Source: an uncultured Planctomycetota bacterium (GTDB lineage Bacteria > Planctomycetota > Planctomycetia > Isosphaerales > Isosphaeraceae). From it: DNA of 64,000 bases. How positions within the stretch are numbered: position 1 is the stretch's first letter; every line of letters starts with the position of its first letter. Positions 1 to 10,234 of this stretch are shown in pieces. Made by a program: the position numbers and the translations under genes. The notes beneath the pieces were generated by a model. That model did no database searches. It saw only the letters and a program-made list of their open reading frames with translations, and was not told where the DNA came from. Location: positions 163,210-227,209 of the forward strand of contig CAWJTV010000038.1 in NCBI GenBank assembly GCA_963845755.1. The letters are read 5' to 3'.

Positions 1-1592
1 GGCGTCGGCGAACGGTCAGAACGCCCTGCCGACGATCTCGTTCTCGGTAGCGCCATCGTCGGGCGAGCCCGGGTTCCTGGGCAAGGCGCTGGGGTCGCTG
101 ATCGGCCTCGACGTGCCCCAGAGAACGCCGGCCCAGCCGTCGTTGACCACCCCCGCCGCCCGAAGCACCACCGGCGCGCCGCAAGGTCGACAACGGACCG
201 CTCGTCAAGGCCCACCCCGGCTTCCGGACGTCGCGGAGCGTCGTCCTCCATCGCTTCGGCACCGAAGCCGGTTACGAAGGCTGGCGTCAATCACTCCTGG
301 GGTTGAGTCCCATCGCCATGGTCCGGGGAGTGTCTGTCAGCGCGAGCGAGATGACGCAGCACCAGAATGCGGTCAGCATGGGCCGGCAGCAGTTCCTCCA
401 GAACACGATCGGTCAGTTCCAGCTCGTCCGGACTCAGCGAAACCCGACGGCCCTCTTCGGTGCGGGCCTGATCGACGCGATCCCGGACCGCGCGATCGAG
501 GATGCCGCCAAGGCCAAGCATCCGGAGTTCCCCGAGATCGCCGGACGGGTCAGCCAGCTCAAGGACAAGCGGATCGGCCGGTTCGGCTGGAAGGCGCAGA
601 CGCCGACGCTTGAAGATTTCGTCCTCACGGCGTGTGCCGTCGAATTGGGGCTGGAGGTCCCGGGTCATCATCAAGGCGGGAATCCTCAGAAACTGGATGC
701 CCAGGCCAAGGGGCTCGATCTCTCGGCGCAGGAATGCAACGCGTTACTGGACTACGTCCGGGCGCTGCCGAAGCCCGCGGAGCGCCAGCCGGCGACCGAG
801 GTCGAATCCCGGGAAGTCGCAGCCGGCCGCAAGCTCTTCGCCTCGACCGGCTGCGCGACCTGCCACGCGCCCAAGTTGGGCAACGTCGAGGGGCTTTACA
901 GCGACCTCCTGATTCACGATCTGGGTTTTCCGCTCGGCGACACGGGCCAGTACGGCGTGTTCGATCCCAGCTCGTCCGACGAAGAGATCAACGACGAGGA
1001 AGGGCCGATCGCCGACGCGGCGGCGGTATTACCGGCGCCCGCTGCACCCGTGCTGTCGTTCGTGCCGGGTTTACGGCCCAATGTGACGGTCACCGAGCCG
1101 GCGACGAGATCGTTTGCCAGGGAGGCCGCCAAGATCGAAGCCGAGTTGGGCATAACCCAAGAGGCAACCGCCGTCGCACCACAGCGTCCCGCAGCTGCCC
1201 CGGACGCCGTACCGCCGGTGACCGCGCCCGGATCGATCGTCCTCCCACCCGTTCCCCCAACAGAGACAGTCCCGGTCGTCCTCACCGCACCGGCCGCGCC
1301 GACAGTTCTCCCTGTAGAGATGATCGTCAAGCGGCCCACCTCCGGCCCAGCGTCTCGGTTCGAGTGGCGAACCGCGCCATTGTGGGGATTCCGCGACTCC
1401 GGGCCATACCTCCACGACGGTCGTGCCGACACGATCGATCAAGCCGTGGCGCTCCATGGCGGTGAGGCCACGACCATCGCCAGCAAGTACTTCAGCCTCA
1501 GTCCTCGCGAGCGGCGTCAGGTCGAGGCGTTCTTGAAGTCGCTGACCGCACCCGAGCCCGTTGCGCCCGAGCAGGTCGCCAGTGCCAGGTGA
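1..1592 (+). CDS. Di-heme oxidoreductase (DUF1111 / thiol oxidoreductase-like), 5'-partial
   Basis: Motifs RNPTALFGAGLID, RIGRFGWKAQ, CATCH heme motif, YSDLLIHDLG, WRTAPLWG, YLHDGRA. The frame of ORF 303-1592 reads open upstream to about 186 (VDNGPLVKAHPGF..VLHRFG), with an apparent frameshift near 180. Confidence 0.85.
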
Positions 1593-1611
1593 GAGACTGT
1601 CCAAGAAGCCA

Positions 1612-1678
1612 GCAGGGTGGGTAGGTGAAACCCACCAAGAAGAGGCCGCCGATACCAGTGGGTTTTCACCCACCCGAC
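1612..1678. repeat. REP-like inverted repeat pair (GTAG-type, GGGTGGGT..ACCCACC)
   Basis: gcagggtgggtaggtgaaacccacc ... gtgggttttcacccacccgac; related copies at 14563-14621 and 23704-23765. Confidence 0.7.
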
Positions 1679-1793
1679 AAAGGCCGGATGCCGTTCCCGC
1701 ACATTTTTCGAGCTTATTGAAGGAAGGGCTCGAGCGGTGTCGCGTGCGGACGGATCCTCGTTTTCCCACATGGTCCATGGAGGTGATCTTGCC

Positions 1794-3740
1794 ATGAGTA
1801 CGCGCGTTGCTCGCTCCCGTGGTCTCCTGGCGTGGTTCGGCGTTGCCAGCCTGGCGATGTCATCCACCGCCACGGCCCAGGAGCCGTCGCCACCGGCCGC
1901 TCCCGCGCCGCTGCGCGCGCTACTTCCCGCGCAAGGATCTGGTCGTCTACGTCGAATTCGACGGACTCGATGCCCATCGCGATGCCTGGACCAAGAGCGC
2001 GGCATACCGCCTGCTGACCGAGACGACGACCGGGGCGATGCTCGAGCAATCGGCCGCACAGGTCCTTGATCTGGTGCTCTCGGCCCAGTCGCAGATCCCG
2101 GCGAAGGGCCCGGAGCTGATCGCGATGGGGAAGCAGTTGCTGCGTTCGGGATTCGCGCTGGGGATCAACCGGTCGGGAGGCGTGGACTCTCCGCGATGTC
2201 TCGCGCTGGTCATCCGGGGCGCCGCGACGGGGGCGCCGCGGGCGGCCTTCGATCGGGTCCGGAAAGCCGTCGAGGGGGCCGGTCAGTCCGTCAAAACGGT
2301 CGAGAAACCGGGCGGGCGAAAGGTCCAGGTGCTGGGCGAGTCCGGGCCGAGCGCCATGGCGTGGTGGACCGAGGGGGATGACCTGGTCGTGAGCCTGGTC
2401 TCGCCGTCCGGCGTCAACGCGATCGTCGCGGTGCTCGACGGTCGCGAGCCCAATGCCGTCGATCATCCGAACCGACTGGCCTTGACGAAGAGCGCCGACG
2501 CACCCGGCTTCGAGCCGGTGGGCCTGGCGTTCTTCGACATGGCCGCGCTGCCTTCCCTGCCTCCCCAGGCCGTGGCGTTGGGCCTCGATAAGATCAAGCG
2601 GTTCGACTACCGATGGGGGTTCCACGGCCCGGCGATCCAGAGCATCCTCGGCGCCGTCGTGCCGGCGCCGAGGATGGGCATCCCGGCCTTGTTCGATCAG
2701 CCCACGTTCGACGCGCGGCATCTGCCGCCCCTTCCCGGCGGGCTATCGGGGTTCACGGTGTTCTCGCTCGACCCCGCCCGGCTCTACGGCCAGATCCTTG
2801 CCGCGATTCGGGCGATTGAACCGGGGGCCGCGCAACCCGAGGGGTCCCTCGAAGCCGCCGTGCAGCAGGTCATGGGCCTGAAGCTGCGCGAGGACCTCCT
2901 GGCTCCCCTGGGGTCGCGCGTCGTCCTCTACACGTTCCCGACCCGGATGAATACCCCGAACAACATGCTGGTCGGTCTGGGGCGTACCTTGGTGTTCGTC
3001 CCCAAATCGGTGGGGATGATCGAGGTCAAAGACCATGAGGCGATGGCCAAGGCGCTCGGCACGCTCGCCGAGCATTCCGGCCGGAAAGCACCCGTCGCGG
3101 CTCCGCCCGGGACGGGGATTACGGTCTCGGTGAGCGCCCCACCGATGCAGCGGCTCAAGGGCCCGGACCTCGCTTATGTGTTCCCGTCATCGGAGCCGAC
3201 CCTGGCGCTCCCGGTCGGGGGGCGTCTCACGATGCTCGTCGGCCAGAAACACCTCATCTTCGGCGCGTCTCCGGCGACGGCGCGCGTGCGCGGGACCTGA
3301 GCGAGCAGGGCAAGGCCGGCCTACCCCCGAACGACGCCCTGGCTGTTGCCCTCGAGCAGCTCCCCGATCGCTTGACCTTCCTCGCCGTCAGCGACCAGCG
3401 CGAATCGATGCTCCCCGACGTGCTCGTCGCCCTGCCCGGCATGGTCGACATTTTCGCCTCACGAGGCGGACCGGTGGGCTTGCTGCCCTTCTTCGTGGAT
3501 CCGGGCAGTCTGTTCACGTCCTTGCTGCCGGGCGTCGGCGCAGGTGCGGCGCGCCCGTCGAGCATCGCGATCGACCCCGACCTGATCCCCGAGCCCGATG
3601 CGCTCCGGCCGTTCCTGTTCCCGTCGGTCACCGTGCTGTCGGTGGACGACCAGGGGATCCGCTTTATCTCGCGTAAGGCATTCCCGACGATCAACCCGAT
3701 ATCGTTGGTGGTGCCTTTGGCCATCGCCGAATTGCTGTAG
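1794..3740 (+). CDS. Secreted planctomycete-type hypothetical protein, frameshifted, possibly C-terminally truncated
   Basis: GGAGG RBS and signal peptide MSTRVARSRGLLAWFGVASLAMSSTATAQ; coding signal continues across ORFs 1737, 1807-3300 and 3372-3740. Confidence 0.6.
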
Positions 3741-4003
3741 GCCAACCACGCGGAGCTGGTCATCCACGATGGAGGTCATGGCCTGCCTTCGGACTCATTC
3801 TGCACAGCGCGGCAAGCCATTGTGACGGTCGTCTCCCGACGTTACTGTTGCGGAATCGGAGCCGCGCGCGCGGCTCCGACCTCATGGACAGATGTCTAAA
3901 AACCGGATTGTGATCCTGGCGACATGCTCGACTGAGCCCTCTCCCTGGGCCGCTGGATCGATCGCTTATTCACTTGAACATTCAATTGGAATGGGAGCTT
4001 TCC

Positions 4004-5322
4004 ATGGCTGCAACGTCCGCTGGTGCTTCGAGTTCCCCGGAATCTTCCCGTGCGATCCGCCGGGTGGCGATGCTGTTTGCGGGCGGGCCGGCCCCGGCCG
4101 CCAATGCGGTGATCTCGACGGCCGCGGCCTCGTTCCGCCGGCATGGCATCGACGTCATCGGCATCCTGCACGGCTATGCCCACCTCGTCGAGTATGGTGA
4201 CGATCATCCGATGAAGGAGGGGCGCGATTACCTCGTGCTGGATCAGGGCAAGCTGCGTCGCACGCGGAACACGCGCGGCATCTTGATCGGGACCTCGCGC
4301 GTGAACCCGGGAAAGGACGTGTCGAATCCCGGCCATCTGCGCGACCCTCGAGCGCACGGCGCAACTGGACCGGGTCTATCGGGCCCTGGAGTCCCTGGAG
4401 ATCGATGCGCTGGTCTCGATCGGCGGCGACGACACCCTCAAGACGGCCAACAAGTTCAAGCGGTTCCAGGAGAATCTGCCGGCCCGGTCGAAGCGGATCG
4501 CCGTGGTTCACGTCCCCAAGACGATCGATAATGACTACCGCGGCATCGACTTCACCTTCGGCTATTTCACCGCGGTCGAGACCCTCGCCGGCGAAATCCG
4601 CAACCTCCTGGCCGATGCCGAGGCGGGCCGGATGTACTTCCTCGTCGAGACGATGGGCCGCAGCGCCGGCTGGCTGGCCTACGGGGCCGCCATCGCCGGC
4701 GAGGCCAGCCTGGTCATCAGCATCGAAGACCTGACCGACGACTATATGACCGAGGAGTCGATCACCGATCCCAAGAGCGGCGCGACCACGAGCCGCAGGA
4801 TCATGAATACCGAGAAGATCGTCGATCTGATCGTCCGCGCGGTCATCGCCCGCGAGAAGGAGGGAAAGGAGTTCGGCGTGATCGTCCTGGCCGAGGGTCT
4901 GGCCCAGTACATGCCGGCGCGATACATGGAAGGCGTGACGTTCGACGATCATGGGAACATCTCGCTGTCGCAGACCAACCTGGCCCGGAACATGACCAAG
5001 CTGGTCGAGGCCGAATACGAGCGTCAGACCGGGAAGAAGCGGCGCGTGACCGGACTGCAACTCGGCTACGAGGCCCGCTGCGCACTGCCCCACGCCTTCG
5101 ACGTCATCCTGGGTAGCCAGCTCGGCGTCGGGGCCTACCGCGCTGGTCGAGGAGCACCGCGACGGCGTCCTGGTCTCCTGCTCCGGCCAGTTGAACCTGA
5201 GCTATGTGCCGTTCGAAGAGCTCGTCGATCCCGAGACGCTCGTGACCGTCGTCCGCTTCATCCAACGCGGCAGCGACTTCCAGAAACTGGCACGGTTCCT
5301 CGAGAACTTCCCGCACGATTGA
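4004..5322 (+). CDS. pfp: 6-phosphofructokinase, probably PPi-dependent (frameshifted)
   Basis: AGGPAPAANAV, SIGGDDT, VHVPKTIDND, ETMGRSAGWL and LGYEARC motifs; GGDD and PKTIDND are the PPi-type signature; frameshifts near 4350 and 5140. Confidence 0.9.
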
Positions 5323-5352
5323 CCGCAGGGCGTGTGTGAGAAGGTGTACTTT

Positions 5353-5417
5353 GTCGGGTGCTCTGTGAGCACCGATCGTTCTGGGCACGAGGATTCGGTG
5401 CTCACAGAGCACTCGAC
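5353..5417. repeat. REP-like inverted repeat between convergent genes
   Basis: gtcgggtgctctgtgagcaccga ... tcggtgctcacagagcactcgac; single related unit at 15961-15983. Confidence 0.7.
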
Positions 5418-5452
5418 GACGCCCCACGATGACTTCTCACACTCGCTCTCAT

Positions 5453-6792
5453 CTACTTCGCCATCACCCACCGGGCCAGCTCGCGGAAGCTGGGAGTCTT
5501 GCCTTGCATCAGGAGCCCGGTACGGAAGATCTTGGCGGCGGCCCAGATGCAAAACAGAACAGTCAGGGCGGTACCGAGGGCCGCCAGCACGACCTGCCAG
5601 GCCGGCGGCGCGGGCGCATCGACTGCCGCATCAGCATCAGGTACGGGCTGGCCGGCGGGAACAGCGATAGACTCACGGACAGCGGGCTGGCGGGATCCTT
5701 GATGACGGCCGGACTGACCATCATCGGAATCATCGACAACATCATGACCGGCATCATCAGCGACTGGGCGTCCTTGAGTTCGCTGCATGCCGAGCCCACG
5801 GCCATGTAAAGCGACCCGTAGAGCAGCACCGCGAGAATCAGGTAGAACCCAAGTGCGGCCAGGAGCCGGGATGAGATCACGTCGGTGTATTCGTAACGCG
5901 AGGCAACGACATACCCACCCACCAGGTACAGCGCCCCGAGCAACAGCGCGATTCCCGTCTGCCCGATCAGCTTGCCCATCATCAGCTCGAACGGCGTGAT
6001 CGAACCGAGCAGCACCTCGCTGATCTTGCTCAGCTTCTCCTCGATCACGCTGTTCATCAACTGCGGTGTGCTGGTCATGATGATCAGGAACATGACATAC
6101 ATGAGCACGAACGGGATCACGGCCGTGCGGATCGGGTTGATGATCTCGGCCGGCTTAACCGCAAGCGGCCCGTCGGGGTGGGAGAGATCGCGCTCGAACA
6201 AGCCGAGGTTGGCCAGGCGCAACGGTTGATTCAAGCGGTCGGCGAGCGCCGGGTCGAAGCCGGCCGACCGGAACCGGCGCGCATGGACCTCGTTGTTGAC
6301 GGTCGGCACGAGCCAGTTGCGCACCACGTCGTCGTTGGGACTGTCGGAATGGTACTCGATCGTCGGAGGCTGCGCGGCGCCGGACTGAGGAGTCCGGATC
6401 GCTTCGGCGGGGATCACCACGAAAGCGTCGAGCTCACCGCGGCGAATCCGTTCGGAGAGCTCCAGGACGGCCGCGGGCCCCTCCGAGCCCGACGCCGGGA
6501 CCAGGGTCGGCGCCAGCCGCGGCCGGACCGTCTTGCCCGCGCCATCGTCCCGGTGCTCGTTGTACACTTGGGTCGCCCGATCGATCACCGGATAGATTTC
6601 TCCGGTGCGGTCGACGACGGCGAAGCTCCGCGTCCGGATGTCCACACGGCCTAACAGGAAGAGTTGGAGTCCGATCGATCCGCCCACGAGCACCGGCAGG
6701 AGCAGGAGCCCGATGAGGAACGCCTTGGTTCGGAGCGACGAGCTGAATTCGGTTGCCGTAACGATCCCGATCTTCTTGAAGTCAGGAAGCAT
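5453..6792 (-). CDS. ABC-2 type exporter permease (NatB-like), frameshift near C-terminus
   Basis: N-terminal TM, large loop, SVIEEKLSKISEVLLGSITPFELMMGK, several TMs; C-terminus AAKIFRTGLLMQGK is in ORF 5453-5788. Confidence 0.85.
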
Positions 6793-7708
6793 GGGACGCG
6801 ACCTCCGGCGCGGTCTCGGCGGGTGTGGCGATCCGCACGAAGATATTGTGGAGCGACGGTCGGGTGACCTCGAACTGGGAGATCCTCGTCCGGGACATCA
6901 GGATCTCGAGTAGTGCCTGGGGGTCGCCCCGCCACCGCACCTCCTGGACGTTCCCCTGGTCGTTGATCTCCTCGATGTCCTCCAGGCCACTGAGGGCATC
7001 CATCCCGGCCTCGGTCCGCAGCAAGATCGTGTCGTGGCCGTAGGCCGACTGGATCTCGTCGAGTGTGCCGTCGAGGACCTTGCGCCCCCGGAAGATCATG
7101 AAGATCCGGTCGCAGAGCCGCTCCGCGACGCCCATATCATGGGTGGAGAAGACCACGGTCGTCCCGTCGTTCTTGAGGTCGAGCACCGCGTCCTTGAGGA
7201 CCTCGGCGTTGACCGGGTCCAGGCCGCTGAACGGCTCGTCCAGGATCAGCAGGTCGGGGCGGTTGAGCACCGTCGCGATGAACTGGATCTTCTGGGCCAT
7301 CCCCTTGGAGAGGGACTCGACTTTCCGGTCGATCCAGTCCGCGAGCCCCAGGCGCTCCAGCCACCGGCCGATCGCGCGGTCGAGCTCCGGCTGCCGAGCC
7401 CCTTTGAGCAGCGCATAGTAACGCAGCAGGCGCCGGATGGTCATGCGCTTGTACAACCCGCGTTCCTCGGGCAGGTAGCTGACGCGGTCGTGCGCGGCCC
7501 GCGTGCCGCGCTCGCCGAGCACCTCGATTTCCCCCGAGTCCGGGAGCAGGATGTGCATGATCATCCGGAGCGTCGTCGTCTTGCCCGACCCGTTCGGACC
7601 GATGAAACCATAAAGCGAACCCCGCGGTACGGTCAGATCGAGTTTATCAACGGCGACCACACCGTTGAAACGCTTGGTCACATCGCGAATCCGGATGGCG
7701 TCGTTCAT
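6782..7708 (-). CDS. ABC transporter ATP-binding protein (NatA-like)
   Basis: GPNGSGKTT Walker A, LSKGMAQK signature, ILDEPFSGLD Walker B; start taken at MNDAIRIR. Confidence 0.92.
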   Translation of the reverse strand: MNDAIRIRDVTKRFNGVVAVDKLDLTVPRGSLYGFIGPNGSGKTTTLRMIMHILLPDSGEIEVLGERGTRAAHDRVSYLPEERGLYKRMTIRRLLRYYALLKGARQPELDRAIGRWLERLGLADWIDRKVESLSKGMAQKIQFIATVLNRPDLLILDEPFSGLDPVNAEVLKDAVLDLKNDGTTVVFSTHDMGVAERLCDRIFMIFRGRKVLDGTLDEIQSAYGHDTILLRTEAGMDALSGLEDIEEINDQGNVQEVRWRGDPQALLEILMSRTRISQFEVTRPSLHNIFVRIATPAETAPEVASHAS

Positions 7709-7963
7709 CGGCAAGAAGTCCAGGGAACCCAGGAGTCGAGTGGAATCCATGCGATCGGTCGGCGATCGCAGAGGACATTCGTCAGAGGCGGAGGAATATT
7801 CAATAATGGCCGATCGCCTCCAATCGGACACGATCACGGTCGGAGATCGCTGGAGACGGATCGTCGGAGGTCCCTTGTCCACTTGATCTTTGTTATGATG
7901 GAAGAAAGCGACTTCCTGTCAACGCGCTGGTCCGCTAGCCAAAGTCAGAGCAGGAGCCGACCT

Positions 7964-8724
7964 ATGCCTGTCCACAACTGGACCCGCGTCGAGGCGGGAA
8001 TCTTTCACCATTTTCATCATGGCTGGATCGAGGAAATCGCACGGTCTCTGAACCGTGGCGTGCTCCCACCCGATTATTACGCTTTGGCCGAGCGGTTCGC
8101 GGCCGGGCTCGGCCCCGACGTTCTGACTCTCCATGCGCCCAACAGGGCGGCAATGGAGAAGATCACCCGGAGACGCGGCGATTCTCAGACGGTGCGGACG
8201 GCGGGATCCTCTTGGCTCCGCCCAAGGCCCGCCCAATCGCCGAGACCGACATGGAATTCTATCGCCGCAAACAGAGTTTGGTGGCGGTCCGGCACGTCAG
8301 CGGCGATCGGGTCGTGGCGGTGGTCGAGGTCGTCTCGCCTGGCAACAAGTCCACACATAATGCTCTACAGCAATTCGTTCGGAAGGTCGCCGACTTCCTG
8401 GAACGGGGGGTCCACATACTCATCCTCGACTTGCTCCCTCCCGGGCGGCACGATCCTCATGGCATCCACGGCACGATCTGGGACTATATCGCCGACCAGG
8501 TCTATTCTGCTCCCACAGACAAGCCGTTAACTCTCGCCGCCTATGAATCCGACCTGGCGATCAAGGCGTACGTCGAGACCGTCGCCGTGGGGGACAGCCT
8601 CCCGGATATGCCCCTGTTCCTCGAGCCACGCGGCTGCATCTACGTTCCCCTGGAGGCCTCATACCAGACAGCCTGGGACGCCGTCCCGCGTCGTTGGAAG
8701 GACGTCATCGAAGCCAAGCGATAA
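7964..8724 (+). CDS. DUF4058 family protein (frameshift near 8150)
   Basis: MPVHNWTRVEAGIFHHFH..LPPDYYALAE; VVAVVEVVSPGNKS..GVHILILDLLPPG..LPDMPLFL. Confidence 0.8.
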
Positions 8725-8733
8725 TCCTGCCCC

Positions 8734-9039
8734 TCAAACCTCGACCCACACCTCATCGCCTCGGACCTCGCAGCGGAACCGGTGCACGGGATAGCCGCTC
8801 ATGGTCGTGCATCGACCGTCAGTCAGCCGGAACCGCCAGTGGTGGAGCGGGCAGACGACCTCGCCCTCCTCGATCCAGCCCAGGCCCAACGGCCCATTCG
8901 CATGCGGACAACGGCCCGAAAGGGCCACAACCTCGCCGCCGTGGCGGAAGACGGCGACCCGCAGACCGTCGGCGTCCCGCGACACTCCGCGCCCTTCGCG
9001 GACCTCATCCAGCCGGCAGACCGCCACCCATTCCGCCAT
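8734..9039 (-). CDS. Rieske [2Fe-2S] ferredoxin (NirD-like)
   Basis: CPH...CPLH Rieske ligands, 101 aa. Confidence 0.88.
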   Translation of the reverse strand: MAEWVAVCRLDEVREGRGVSRDADGLRVAVFRHGGEVVALSGRCPHANGPLGLGWIEEGEVVCPLHHWRFRLTDGRCTTMSGYPVHRFRCEVRGDEVWVEV

Positions 9040-9143
9040 GGCACCACGCCCCCGCCACCCTAAAAGAAATCGGAAAACGAACAGCCTAGGACTTGCGTCG
9101 GAGGTACGTCAACCATTAAATTCTACGGGAACGCTCTTCCTCG

Positions 9144-10112
9144 GTGTTCCCGATTCCATTTTCCGTGAGATGCCCCTCGGTGATCGGACACGACGCGCGG
9201 ACTCCCTGGCACATGGCGGGACTGGTCTTCTTGATGGCCGCGACGGCCGGTTGCGACCTCAAGTCGCGATCGGCGCCGGAGCGGATCTGGGGGATCCACG
9301 GGGTCAAGGCCGGGCACCTGCACAAGCCGCGCGTGGCCGCCTTCGACGCACAAGACCACCTGTTCCTCGCCGATCTGACAGATCGGATCCAGGTCTTCGA
9401 CCGGGACGGCCGTTACCTTGACGGTTGGCGGACGCCCGATTTCAACGTGGATGGGCCCAGCGGGCTGACGATCGATCGTTACGGCCGGCTCCTGGTGGCC
9501 GACACCCATTTCTATCGGGTTCTGGTCTATTCGGAGGCGGGCGAGCTGCTATTTCAGATCGGCGACGGCGTGCAGGGGCCCACCCCGGGCCGGTTCGGAT
9601 ATCCGACCGACGTCGTGATCGACAAGGCCGGGAACTTCTACGTCTCCGAATACGGCGAGAACGACCGGATCCAGGTCTTCTCCCCCGAAGGGAAATGGCT
9701 CCGGCAGTGGGGTGGCCACGGCTACGAGCCGGGCGAATTCCTCAAACCCCGCGCCCTGGCCATCGACGAGAACGACCGACTCTTCGTCGCCGACAGTTGC
9801 AACCACCGGATCCAGGTCTTCGACACCCAGGGGAACCTGCTCAATTCCTGGGGCTCGCGGGGCGATCAGCCCGGCCAAATGAGTTATCCTTACGACCTGA
9901 GTCTCGGGCAGGACCATTGCCTCTATGTCTGCGAATACGGCAACCATCGCGTCCAGAAGTTCAGCCTCGACGGCAAGTCTCTGGGCGTCTGGGGTACGCC
10001 GGGGCGCGGACCGGGCGAGCTCTATAACCCCTACGCCCTGGCCATCGACAGTAAAGGCTACGTCTCGGTTGTCGATTCAAACAATCATCGCGTGCAGCGG
10101 TTTCGGTTGTGA
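9144..10112 (+). CDS. NHL-repeat beta-propeller protein, possible lipoprotein
   Basis: Six NHL repeats (P..IAID..G.LYVAD..NHRIQVF); hydrophobic N-terminus ending TAGC; true start may be MAGLVF. Confidence 0.85.
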   Translation: MFPIPFSVRCPSVIGHDARTPWHMAGLVFLMAATAGCDLKSRSAPERIWGIHGVKAGHLHKPRVAAFDAQDHLFLADLTDRIQVFDRDGRYLDGWRTPDFNVDGPSGLTIDRYGRLLVADTHFYRVLVYSEAGELLFQIGDGVQGPTPGRFGYPTDVVIDKAGNFYVSEYGENDRIQVFSPEGKWLRQWGGHGYEPGEFLKPRALAIDENDRLFVADSCNHRIQVFDTQGNLLNSWGSRGDQPGQMSYPYDLSLGQDHCLYVCEYGNHRVQKFSLDGKSLGVWGTPGRGPGELYNPYALAIDSKGYVSVVDSNNHRVQRFRL

Positions 10113-10234
10113 GAGTCGAACAGACTCGGCAAGTAGGTCAGGCTTTCCCGCCTGACGGGACGTCGGCGTCGGGCTGGAAGGCCTGACCTACAAATCCAAG
10201 GTACGAGCTCATCGGCACTGGGGAGGACGCAGCG

